64,000 nt of DNA from a virus (taxonomy: Duplodnaviria > Caudoviricetes). The translations under genes and the position numbers were made by a program. The stretch lies in IMG/VR virus record IMGVR_UViG_2061766007_000705; one strand, 5' to 3'. Positions 17,744 through 26,928 of this stretch are shown here, piece by piece. How positions within the stretch are numbered: the stretch's first letter is position 1; each line of letters begins with the position of its first letter. The notes below the pieces were generated by a model. It was not told where the DNA came from. It was given only the letters and a program-made list of their open reading frames with translations, and did not search any database.

Positions 17744-20700
17744 CTATTCTGTTATCATTCCGTTGTTCATAGCATTAATTTCATTATAGGTATATTTTAC
17801 TTTATCAATCTTAGATAAATCAGTTGCAATTCTGTGAACAATGTAAGTTATAATATGCTCCGCAAATACACTGGAAGGAAATGCAGTATCAAGACCTATA
17901 TCTTTGCCAAATTCATTTGCAGTATCTAACGTATTATATGTTTTAGAATCAACAATACCAATTTGTAATTGATTATTATAAAAACCATACTGTTTTGCCA
18001 AGTCTAACATTTCTTGGAACTTGTATTTATCAACAGTTTCTCCTACATATATAATAGCATCTGTTGTTTTAAGTTTGTCATCTTTTATAAAAGACCTTAA
18101 GTCTGCTTCATTTTGAATAACACCAAAATTATTTACTGTAACATTTGAAAAATTAGAAAACTCTTGTACAAGAGAATCAAGACAATTTTCATTTTGGTCA
18201 TCCAAAGAGACAAAAGAAACATTAAGTTTCTTTTTAATGTTCTTATTGATGTAAATATCAGCATCTGATGATGTATATACGGTTTCATCTGGTGGTGTAA
18301 CAAAATGTCTATATTTATTTTTAGGTATTTCAAAATAAATTGTATGTATATTTAATTTAAGTATTGCTGTACCATAAGTAGGAGAATTACTTTGAGCAAC
18401 AATTTTAATACTATATTCTCCAGTTAATTCCCTAACATCTAAATCTAAAGATGTTTCATTAGGAGATACGGATATTGATTTATTTGAATCTACCAATTCA
18501 ACTTTTAATGAACCACCATATGGCGCACTGCCCTCAAATTCAAATTTTAAAAACATCAAATCAGTTACATCTATTTTATTCTTAGATATTGATGTAATAT
18601 TACACATAACCAATGAACCAGTAGCATTATAATTTATTGAAAAAATACTATCATTATCCCAACCACCAATTATATCATTATATTGTGTATCTTCTTTACG
18701 TAAATAAATTTTTTCCATTGGTTGATGTATTTCTTCATATTCTTTTAATTTGTTTTCTATATTTTCTTGTCTTTGTTGATGTCTTTGCTCTCTCTTTTGT
18801 TCTTCTTGCTCATTATCATAATGAGGTTCTTCAAATATAGGTGGAATACCATATTCTTCTTCATATTCATCGACCTCTAAATCATCAATTGCAAGTTGAT
18901 AAATATCATCATCTTGAATAACATCTTCTTCTTTAGCAATTAAATATATCTTATATATTTTAATTGCAACATTACCATAATTTGTTGATGAACTTAATTT
19001 AATATAATATTCTCCAATTACATTGTCAATGTCAAGAATAATTGTTTCTTTTGGATTATTAGAATTTTTATATTCTTTTGATATAATATATTCTGTATCA
19101 TATTGAATATCATTACTTATATCAGACGACAATCCTACATTTAATGACCAATTATAATAACTATTTCCATTACCTGTTTTTTCATATTCAATATATATTT
19201 TAGAATATTTAGTAAAATCAAATTTATTTTTAGAACTTAAAGCGCATTGCATATCAGTATATTGATTGGTCGTTGTATTTAAAGAGATATACGATAATTG
19301 TGTAGTTGCAGTTGCATTATTCCCATACAAACTAATATATCCACCAGTCCTATCCCAATATTCATTACCTTTATTATAAAGATATATTTTATTAGGAACT
19401 GGAGCATCTGGTTCATATAATTCTGGTAATGGTTCTTGTGTTGGAGTATACTCATAACTCAAATCTTCGTCATATTCATCCAAATAAATATTAAGTATTT
19501 TTAAATTATAGGTTTCCTCATAATATTTATTTCCCATTACAAAGTTTACATAATATTTACCTTTGACATTGGTAATATCTAATTCTTTTTTATATGTTGT
19601 ATTTAATGATAAGTCTGAATAACTCACAATAGGATTGATTTCAGAAGCACCAAATATACTATTAGTATTTGCTGGTATATCTTTATTACCATCAATATAA
19701 ATACTTCCAAAATACTCAGAATTTAAAGTAGTATGCAACCCAATTAAAAAATCAGTGTATCCATAATTATTAATAGTTGGTTGTCTAGTAGGTAATACTT
19801 CAAATTGATATTCAATACAAAATTTTTTATAATTAGAAATGTCAATTCTTTTATCGGTAGACAGTCCACCACAACGCCTTTCGTTGTTAGAAAGTAATTG
19901 TATATAATTTGGTTGTCTTACAATATTTGGTGGATAGTGTCTATCAGATGAAACATATCCACCTGTAATATAACAGTCTCGATAATGTATTTCATTCCAA
20001 CCATTTGTAATATCCGTACATTCATTACCTTCATTATACAAATAAATCCTATTATCATTAGGATATTTCTGTTTTTCTGTTTTCAATATACAATTCAATA
20101 TATAATTTGCATCTTTACTATCAGTAAATCCAAAATCATATCCAAACTTTTGCGCTATATTATTAGCAACTTCACTATTACAATATTTAGAAGATAAAAG
20201 AAGAATGTTTTTAGTATTGTTTAAATTATTTTGCTTAATTTCATCAACTATATTTTCACAATGCTTTTGTATATTACGTTTTGTCAAACTACCATCTGCA
20301 AATAAAAGAATGTCTATATTATTAAATTCATTATTTTGAATTAAATTATTTAATCTTTCGCTATCTACATAGTCAAAATTATAAAAATTAATATTCTGAT
20401 ATGTTTGTAATTCTTTCATTAAAGAATATGTGTTTGCGGTGATTTCATCTAAGCAACACAAACCTATATTTAATGAATTGTTAAAATATTTACCAATATA
20501 TTCTTCACATTCATTTTTATTACACGTTTGTTCTAATATTTCGTTTTCTTGCAAGTCAATTTTTGTTTTAGAGTTTTTATTATCAATTAAATAAACATTA
20601 TGAATTTGAACATCACAACCACCATATCTAAACCAACTTCGTACACTAAAATAAACATAATATTCACCTTTAAATGTTTTAATATTTAACTTTTTAATAT

Positions 20701-21586
20701 TATGACCATTTTTTTGATAATCTTCATTATCATCAAGATTTAAATTTGCTTTATCTACTTCAAATAGTCTGAGACTACTAATAGATAAATTATATCCACC
20801 ACTTCTTAATGTATCGGTGATACTTATGTCAAATGTTGAATTGTTTAAGGTATTTGTAGTATATTCAATACACAATTCTGTATAATTTGTTAAATCAATT
20901 TTATTCAATGTTGTAAATCCACTCGCAAAATCACAATTGTCAGTAGATTCACAAATAACAGATAAATAATTTTTATTTATTTTAGTACCATTATACCCAT
21001 TACGATATGTCAAATAATTTGAAGTCCACCCACCCGTAGTATCAAAACACATATCTCCTTTAGTATATAATGGAAGTATATCTTTCGGCTCATTGTTTGG
21101 GTTATAAGTATCTAAAAAACTTATATTAAAACCTTTACCACATATATGTTTTTCAAATTTAATATAATTAACAGTATATTTTGCCGAATCATATGTGAAT
21201 CCAATATAATATTTACCTTGTATATTGGATGTATCTACAGTTTTTGTATAACCCCTTTTTATTGTAGAACTACGATAATAAGAAAAAATTGTTTTAACAA
21301 AATTCTTATTTTCATCATATAATCTTATTTCATAAGTATATCTATAAGTATCAATATCAGTAAACGATGTTTGAATTTGTGTAATTTGATTACTTCCAAA
21401 GGAAGAGAAATTAATCATTTCAGTTGACATATATAAATTAGAAGAAACTGTCCATTGCATAGTATCAGTATGTATATTTGTCGGATAAATTTGAACGGTT
21501 TCTATACGTGGTGTATTTTTTATTTTTTCTTCTTCTTCATGAATTATATCATACTTTGTTTTTCTCTTTTTGTTTTTATCAAACAT
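17744..21586 (-). CDS. Large repeat protein (1280 aa): 4-5 repeated beta domains plus two KamE-like alpha/beta domains; putative virion accessory protein
   Basis: IYLYNxGxE...GGW...KID.T.Y...G.YY...I..IYL repeats shared with the neighbouring gene. Confidence 0.7.
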   Translation of the reverse strand: MFDKNKKRKTKYDIIHEEEEKIKNTPRIETVQIYPTNIHTDTMQWTVSSNLYMSTEMINFSSFGSNQITQIQTSFTDIDTYRYTYEIRLYDENKNFVKTIFSYYRSSTIKRGYTKTVDTSNIQGKYYIGFTYDSAKYTVNYIKFEKHICGKGFNISFLDTYNPNNEPKDILPLYTKGDMCFDTTGGWTSNYLTYRNGYNGTKINKNYLSVICESTDNCDFASGFTTLNKIDLTNYTELCIEYTTNTLNNSTFDISITDTLRSGGYNLSISSLRLFEVDKANLNLDDNEDYQKNGHNIKKLNIKTFKGEYYVYFSVRSWFRYGGCDVQIHNVYLIDNKNSKTKIDLQENEILEQTCNKNECEEYIGKYFNNSLNIGLCCLDEITANTYSLMKELQTYQNINFYNFDYVDSERLNNLIQNNEFNNIDILLFADGSLTKRNIQKHCENIVDEIKQNNLNNTKNILLLSSKYCNSEVANNIAQKFGYDFGFTDSKDANYILNCILKTEKQKYPNDNRIYLYNEGNECTDITNGWNEIHYRDCYITGGYVSSDRHYPPNIVRQPNYIQLLSNNERRCGGLSTDKRIDISNYKKFCIEYQFEVLPTRQPTINNYGYTDFLIGLHTTLNSEYFGSIYIDGNKDIPANTNSIFGASEINPIVSYSDLSLNTTYKKELDITNVKGKYYVNFVMGNKYYEETYNLKILNIYLDEYDEDLSYEYTPTQEPLPELYEPDAPVPNKIYLYNKGNEYWDRTGGYISLYGNNATATTQLSYISLNTTTNQYTDMQCALSSKNKFDFTKYSKIYIEYEKTGNGNSYYNWSLNVGLSSDISNDIQYDTEYIISKEYKNSNNPKETIILDIDNVIGEYYIKLSSSTNYGNVAIKIYKIYLIAKEEDVIQDDDIYQLAIDDLEVDEYEEEYGIPPIFEEPHYDNEQEEQKREQRHQQRQENIENKLKEYEEIHQPMEKIYLRKEDTQYNDIIGGWDNDSIFSINYNATGSLVMCNITSISKNKIDVTDLMFLKFEFEGSAPYGGSLKVELVDSNKSISVSPNETSLDLDVRELTGEYSIKIVAQSNSPTYGTAILKLNIHTIYFEIPKNKYRHFVTPPDETVYTSSDADIYINKNIKKKLNVSFVSLDDQNENCLDSLVQEFSNFSNVTVNNFGVIQNEADLRSFIKDDKLKTTDAIIYVGETVDKYKFQEMLDLAKQYGFYNNQLQIGIVDSKTYNTLDTANEFGKDIGLDTAFPSSVFAEHIITYIVHRIATDLSKIDKVKYTYNEINAMNNGMITE

Positions 21587-21620
21587 TTATTTCCCACCCT
21601 TTCCTTTCCCTTATTCTAAA

Positions 21621-21755
21621 TTAATTCGTAGGCTTATATTCGCCATTATCAAGTGCTTCTTGAACTTGTTCTTTATATTCCTCTGGAACATCATCTATAG
21701 TAATTCTTTTCATGCGAATCTGCATTACATAAAATTTAATACTTTTAATACCCAT
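21621..21755 (-). CDS. 44-aa CD1375/XkdX-like small tail-associated protein (not in ORF track)
   Basis: MGIKSIKFYVMQIRMKRITIDDVPEEYKEQVQEALD...; TIDDVP motif; GGGGG RBS. Confidence 0.7.
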   Translation of the reverse strand: MGIKSIKFYVMQIRMKRITIDDVPEEYKEQVQEALDNGEYKPTN

Positions 21756-21770
21756 AATTCAATCCCCCTT

Positions 21771-22067
21771 TTATCCCATCATCATTTCAAGTAAAACATC
21801 CTCAATTGCACTAATTCTTTCATCAATTGTATACTGAGGTTCATTATATGTTTCTGTCCATTCTTGAATAATTTTATTTCTTTTTTCTTTCCACGTAAAA
21901 CTATAAGAACAATGTTCCTTTGGTTCAGGTGGAGTTGTTTCTTCTACGGGTTTATATCCATTCTTTTTAAGAATTTCAACCGTAGGTGGAACATACCAAG
22001 TACCTTCATCTTTTAGCATAGAAGGAGCATATTCCAAATTTCCATCTATAAGTTTACCATATCTCAT
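21771..22067 (-). CDS. XkdW-like tail-fibre accessory protein (likely start MRYGKL)
   Basis: AGAAAGGA RBS; C-terminal ERISAIEDVLLEM; precedes the XkdX-like gene. Confidence 0.6.
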   Translation of the reverse strand: MRYGKLIDGNLEYAPSMLKDEGTWYVPPTVEILKKNGYKPVEETTPPEPKEHCSYSFTWKEKRNKIIQEWTETYNEPQYTIDERISAIEDVLLEMMMG

Positions 22068-22091
22068 TATCTTGTATCCTTTCTTGACAAC

Positions 22092-22177
22092 ACACCATAT
22101 ATAGTATATACACATAAAATGTACTACTATATATGGTGTATATATACCAAATTTTTGCATATAAAATGTAAATTTTA
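22092..22177. promoter_or_regulatory. Composite element copy 2: NrdR-box-like pair plus TAAAAT-GTAA-ATTTTA
   Basis: Boxes at 22092-22107 and 22124-22139 (32 bp apart); inverted repeat at 22162-22177. Confidence 0.75.
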
Positions 22178-22244
22178 AATTAAAATATATTCAATTGTCT
22201 ATTTAATTGTATATTAAATTGTCAAACCATTAAATCAATTCAAA

Positions 22245-23438
22245 TTATTCTTCTTCAACAATAGTTTCTGTACAAGTACCCAAAATATAATCACCATAAT
22301 ATGAAAATACTATTTCATAATATCTATTAGTGATAAATTCAATACTTTCATTAGACCAAACAATAGGTGTTCCATTAGAAGCACTAAATGTAAAGTTTGT
22401 ATTAGCACATTTAAATGAAATAAACCATTCATTAAAATCATTTTCATTTAAATAGTTACAACTAAGGATAATTGAACTTGATTTATCTGCGAAGTTAAAA
22501 ATTTTATAACAATAATTAGAATCAAGTCTAAAAATATTGTCATTCTCCACACCATCAACATTAACATATTCAGCACGAAGTGTATTAACCTTTGCTTCAA
22601 GTTCATTCATTTTTGAAATTAATTGTACCGCACTTGAATTATTAACTTTAGATTCAAGTTCGCTAACTTTTGTGCTTACTTCTGAAATATTCATATTATT
22701 TACTTTATTTTCAATTTGTGTAACTTTGTTAGACATTACACCAATATTAACTTCACCAACGTTGTTTTGAAGTTGTTCAATCTGTTGATTGATTGTATTT
22801 ACACCCAAATTACCAATTTTATTATCAATTTTATTTTCAAGTTCTAAAATTTGATTTGGAATAGTGGTTTTCTCTAACTCAGTTACTTTTGTTTGAATAA
22901 CATTAACATCAAGATTACTCATTTCTTCAATTTTTGCATTAATACCATTAATATCAAGGGCATCAATTTTATTTTCGATTTGAGTTAAATCTAAATTTTT
23001 AATCCTTTGAAATTCTTCTGCAATTCTATCTGCATCTACATTATCTAATGTTTCTTGAAATTCTTCAAGTTTTTGTCCTATTGTTGTATTATTATCTTCA
23101 AATTCTTGTCTAAGAACTTTAATTTGATTTTCTGGTCTTTGTCTTTCTGCTTCTTGACGAGCAATTTCCATCTGTTCAATATAAGGTTGCTTTTCTTCGT
23201 CAGTAACCTCAACCACCTCGCCGTTGATGTACTTGTATAGTGGCAAGCACATACTGTCAATGAGTAGTGGGTTTTCATCAGAAAGTTCACCGTTGATAAT
23301 CAATCTGAATTGCTGACCGCCTTGCTCATTGATACAAATATCATTTTCGTTTGGCTTTTCATACGCATCCGAAAAACCGTGGATAATAATACCGTTATCG
23401 TCTGTTCGGATATAGTGTTTATTATAAATAAGTTCCAT
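22245..23438 (-). CDS. Tail-fibre-associated protein (chaperone-like N-terminus, long coiled coil, beta C-terminus)
   Basis: KHYI...GFSDA...DICINE.GG.QFRL N-terminal motif; heptad repeats; directly downstream of the fibre gene. Confidence 0.6.
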   Translation of the reverse strand: MELIYNKHYIRTDDNGIIIHGFSDAYEKPNENDICINEQGGQQFRLIINGELSDENPLLIDSMCLPLYKYINGEVVEVTDEEKQPYIEQMEIARQEAERQRPENQIKVLRQEFEDNNTTIGQKLEEFQETLDNVDADRIAEEFQRIKNLDLTQIENKIDALDINGINAKIEEMSNLDVNVIQTKVTELEKTTIPNQILELENKIDNKIGNLGVNTINQQIEQLQNNVGEVNIGVMSNKVTQIENKVNNMNISEVSTKVSELESKVNNSSAVQLISKMNELEAKVNTLRAEYVNVDGVENDNIFRLDSNYCYKIFNFADKSSSIILSCNYLNENDFNEWFISFKCANTNFTFSASNGTPIVWSNESIEFITNRYYEIVFSYYGDYILGTCTETIVEEE

Positions 23439-23448
23439 TTTGTGCCTC

Positions 23449-25206
23449 CTACCACGAATTATCGAGCATTAAAATACCGTGTGGTGAACCGCTGTCAAGC
23501 ATACCATCACCACCATATCTTTGATTAACAATAATCATATTTGCGCTTCCACTATTCCCTTCAACATAAGCATATTTACCGTCTAAATCTGCAAACGGTA
23601 TCGTTGTGGCTGAACCACTATGCGAGTTTCGCCAAAAACCCCAAATTTTCACCATGCTGTTTACTCTAATAGGTAGCGGTAAAAAGAAAGTTATGGAGGT
23701 ATCTGTGCTATTGTATTCATGTATCGTTGCAATATTGTGTCCCCAACCGTGCGATTCATATACTACGCGGAAAGGCAAACACTTCAATAATTCGGTATCT
23801 TTGTTCATCCTTATCCCGCTCTTTATATCTTTGTAAAGGGTGGATTTTTCGCCAAACTCAAACTTTGCTGCTGATATTTCTATTTCATTTACTGATTGGT
23901 TAATTACTTCAAGTCTGAATAGATAATCTCTATCGTTTGTATTTTCAAGCATCACTATGTGTACACGAAAATCATCTGTCCTTATAGCCTCTACCCATTG
24001 AGCCGAATTAGTGCGAGCGGGAATAGTTACTGTTCCGCTATAAATAGTATCGTATATTTTCACAGATACCGTCGCCTTTTCCCCGATATGAGTGTCTAAA
24101 ATATGTCGTGGTTGCATCTGTGCTATGGTAGGATTTACCGAAACTCTTGATAATAGAATACCAAGAGTATCACCAAGAAATCTTACTGTACCGTAATTGT
24201 GCCAAAAGTCAAATCCGACACCATTCTCGCCATACCCCACCTTATAGTCTGCGCTCCACGGGATGCAATACAAAGTGTTATTGATTTGTACATAGCCAAA
24301 ATTAGCGGTTTGGTAAAAGCCATTCAGCGGTTCTGTGGTAGTGCCTAATGGTGTTGTAAGGGATGTATCTGATGCCGCATAATATGTTGTACCCGTTGGA
24401 ATAATGTAAGCAGGCAACTGCCTTATGTGAAAATAAGGATTAACAAGGAGATTTTCGTTGTAGGACTGTTTGTCTACATAAGTTTTTATACCACCACTTT
24501 CTACAAATTTTGTAGAATTTTCTGTAGGTTCTGTATCTGGATTAGTACCCTTTTGGATAACTGGATTATTTAAGGTAACTACTTTATTACTTGCACTTGG
24601 TTGTGCATCAAATACAAGTGCATCTTGCTTATTATTCCATGTAGTTTTTTCTGTATCGGTTACAGTTCTGTGAGTAGAATCTTCTTCAAGGTCTGTAATA
24701 CTATCTCCATTTTTAACCAACTTTGTACCGCCACTACTATCATCATTACAACCTACATAAACATCACCTTTCAAATGTTTATTACCATTCCAATCAGTTG
24801 CTTCAATATTCTTTCTATTGTCATCGGCAGTACCATTACCAATAATATCAGCATATACACTACTACTATCTTCAACATTATATCTACCTTGTACGTGTTG
24901 ATTTGGAGATGATGCTATATTATCAGTACCACCAGCTACAAAAGAATTAGTACCTATCGCACTACCAGTTTTTCTATTAATAGAAAAAGAACCACTTCCA
25001 ACTGGATTAGATTTATCCATTTTATTATTTTCAACAGTAGTCAATCTATTTCCAAGAGTTGTATTTACATTTCCGATTGATGTATTTAAACTAGAAAGTG
25101 CGTTATTAGTTTCACTAAAATTACCATTGATTTTATTAGCAAACTGTTGTCCACTATCACCACCGTAAGGTGGGTCACCTGCTATAATTTGTTCATAATT
25201 AGGCAT
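23449..25206 (-). CDS. Tail fibre / receptor-binding protein
   Basis: N-terminal GDS...FANKINGNF.E anchor; QHVQGRYN...IIGNG repeat; VTDTEKTTWNNKQ; NENLLVNPYF-type distal domain. Confidence 0.75.
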   Translation of the reverse strand: MPNYEQIIAGDPPYGGDSGQQFANKINGNFSETNNALSSLNTSIGNVNTTLGNRLTTVENNKMDKSNPVGSGSFSINRKTGSAIGTNSFVAGGTDNIASSPNQHVQGRYNVEDSSSVYADIIGNGTADDNRKNIEATDWNGNKHLKGDVYVGCNDDSSGGTKLVKNGDSITDLEEDSTHRTVTDTEKTTWNNKQDALVFDAQPSASNKVVTLNNPVIQKGTNPDTEPTENSTKFVESGGIKTYVDKQSYNENLLVNPYFHIRQLPAYIIPTGTTYYAASDTSLTTPLGTTTEPLNGFYQTANFGYVQINNTLYCIPWSADYKVGYGENGVGFDFWHNYGTVRFLGDTLGILLSRVSVNPTIAQMQPRHILDTHIGEKATVSVKIYDTIYSGTVTIPARTNSAQWVEAIRTDDFRVHIVMLENTNDRDYLFRLEVINQSVNEIEISAAKFEFGEKSTLYKDIKSGIRMNKDTELLKCLPFRVVYESHGWGHNIATIHEYNSTDTSITFFLPLPIRVNSMVKIWGFWRNSHSGSATTIPFADLDGKYAYVEGNSGSANMIIVNQRYGGDGMLDSGSPHGILMLDNSW

Positions 25207-25241
25207 AAGTGTTTCCCCTTTCTTTTAAATTTATATATATA

Positions 25242-25388
25242 AAACTACATATAGTATATTTATAATATATGTCCAATATATAGTAGATTGATGAAATTTT
25301 ACTATACTATATATTGTATCTTTTATTTTTAAATATACTATATATGGTATATTTTTTGTTAAAAAAGTAGAATAAAATCCTCATTTTA
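25242..25388. promoter_or_regulatory. Composite element copy 3: four NrdR-box-like palindromes plus TAAAAT-CCTC-ATTTTA
   Basis: Boxes start at 25242, 25271, 25304 and 25335; inverted repeat at 25373-25388. Confidence 0.75.
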
Positions 25389-25390
25389 AT

Positions 25391-25693
25391 TTACTGTCCG
25401 TCAAGATTTGTTCCATTTTTCATAGATACATACCCATTACCAAAATTCCCACCTTTACCTTTTAGTATTACCACATCTCCTACAGATAATACTTGTCCAG
25501 TCTGATTAAGCATATTTGTATATGTGCCTTGTTCTCCTGGTAAATCTACATTTACAGTACCATCATTATTAACTTCTGATACAGTACCAGTAATTACAAA
25601 TTCTACATTTTGCATTGCATCTTTAATTTCTTTTTTAACAATTGTTTTAATTATATCTATTAATTGATTCAATTCGCTTTGTGTCATCTGCAT
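25391..25693 (-). CDS. Small baseplate/spike-like OB-fold protein
   Basis: GTVSEV..DGTVNV...L.VGD.V; follows the hub gene. Confidence 0.55.
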   Translation of the reverse strand: MQMTQSELNQLIDIIKTIVKKEIKDAMQNVEFVITGTVSEVNNDGTVNVDLPGEQGTYTNMLNQTGQVLSVGDVVILKGKGGNFGNGYVSMKNGTNLDGQ

Positions 25694-25704
25694 AAAAACA
25701 CCCC

Positions 25705-26913
25705 CTAACCAATTGACGGATAATATGGTAAACTTCCTACATTAGAGCAAGTAATTGTTATTGTAGAATCAGTCGCTAATGGAATACTAATTGACTGAAT
25801 AACAAATCTACTTTCTTCAAAATTATAATATTTATCTGTTAATTTGATACAATTATTTACATCCAAATGTATCATATAAATTGAACTAATATTAATTGTT
25901 TGTTGCAAGATACTAATTTTATTCAACTCATATTCTGCTCTTTGTTGTGCTAATTCAGTTGAATGTATATTTGAATCTTCATAATATAAATTTTTTGTAC
26001 CAATTAAAGAAATACGTGTAGGACTTTGCGGATTATGATTTTCTGCTACACCACGATAAATTGCTTGTGAAGAAGTATTAGAACCAATTATAATTACACG
26101 ATTTTTAACTTTACTAAAATCGTATGTAGTTTCGGAACTTATATATTCCATTTCATTAGTAGTATATTTCCATAATATAGGTTTATTAACATTCGCAATA
26201 TCTTCAATACCAGAGCGAATATTTAAATATCCATTTTCATCATAATAAATATCACAGCCAAGCATTTCTGCTAATTCTATTAATATAGAACCTAAAGATT
26301 CATTAGGAGATTTAGATATGCGATACACTGTCGTTTCATGTGCATACATACTATCAAACATTACATCTTTAATGTCAATAGGTAATCCGTTACCATTATC
26401 TAATTTTAAAATGTATTCACAAGCATCTCTTACATTAGAGTTAACATTAACTTCATATACTGCATCTAATACACCACCAAGTGTACCATCTAATAACGCA
26501 AATTTATCATAACATTGAATGTTAATATTTTTTTCTCCATTATTATGTATTGAATTAGGATTTGCAATAACAAATATTCCAGCACTTTTATATATTTTAT
26601 CACCGTTGCTTGTTTCAATTCCCAACTCTAATTTAAATTTAGTATTAATCCAAATCAATCCTTGAATAGAAGGAGTGAACCGTCCATCCATATTGTTTAA
26701 TGTAAAATTTAATGACCTTCTTTGACCTTGGTTATAATTTATATTTAATGTGCCAGAATTAGCAATTAAATATTCTGTAATATCTTCACGCACTGATTCA
26801 TCAGCGTGTAATAATGATAATCTAAAAATAGGTTTTAAAATTCTACCTTTGATATTGTTGATATAATTATCATATGGATATTCATTAAAATTATAAATTG
26901 CCAAATAGTTCAC
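25705..26913 (-). CDS. Baseplate hub / Tal-like tail protein
   Basis: RRSLNFTL, YYDENG.L, NRVIIIG, A.QRA.YEL motifs; downstream of tape measure. Confidence 0.65.
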   Translation of the reverse strand: MNYLAIYNFNEYPYDNYINNIKGRILKPIFRLSLLHADESVREDITEYLIANSGTLNINYNQGQRRSLNFTLNNMDGRFTPSIQGLIWINTKFKLELGIETSNGDKIYKSAGIFVIANPNSIHNNGEKNINIQCYDKFALLDGTLGGVLDAVYEVNVNSNVRDACEYILKLDNGNGLPIDIKDVMFDSMYAHETTVYRISKSPNESLGSILIELAEMLGCDIYYDENGYLNIRSGIEDIANVNKPILWKYTTNEMEYISSETTYDFSKVKNRVIIIGSNTSSQAIYRGVAENHNPQSPTRISLIGTKNLYYEDSNIHSTELAQQRAEYELNKISILQQTINISSIYMIHLDVNNCIKLTDKYYNFEESRFVIQSISIPLATDSTITITCSNVGSLPYYPSIG

Positions 26914-26928
26914 CCCTTTCTATTTATA

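Noticed and set aside
22084-22112. Plus-strand TTGACA-N17-TATACA overlapping an NrdR-like box (possible antisense promoter)
   Set aside because: The -10 is weak, and no equivalent exists in the other two copies; not supportable without transcript data.
11364-25206. Possible diversity-generating retroelement or shufflon acting on fibre genes
   Set aside because: No reverse transcriptase, no near-identical TR/VR pair and no inverted alternative fibre tips were seen.
25242-25350. Periodic repeats resembling a mini-CRISPR array
   Set aside because: The units are degenerate 16-bp palindromes with 13-17 bp AT-rich gaps and there are no cas genes; they fit protein-binding boxes better.
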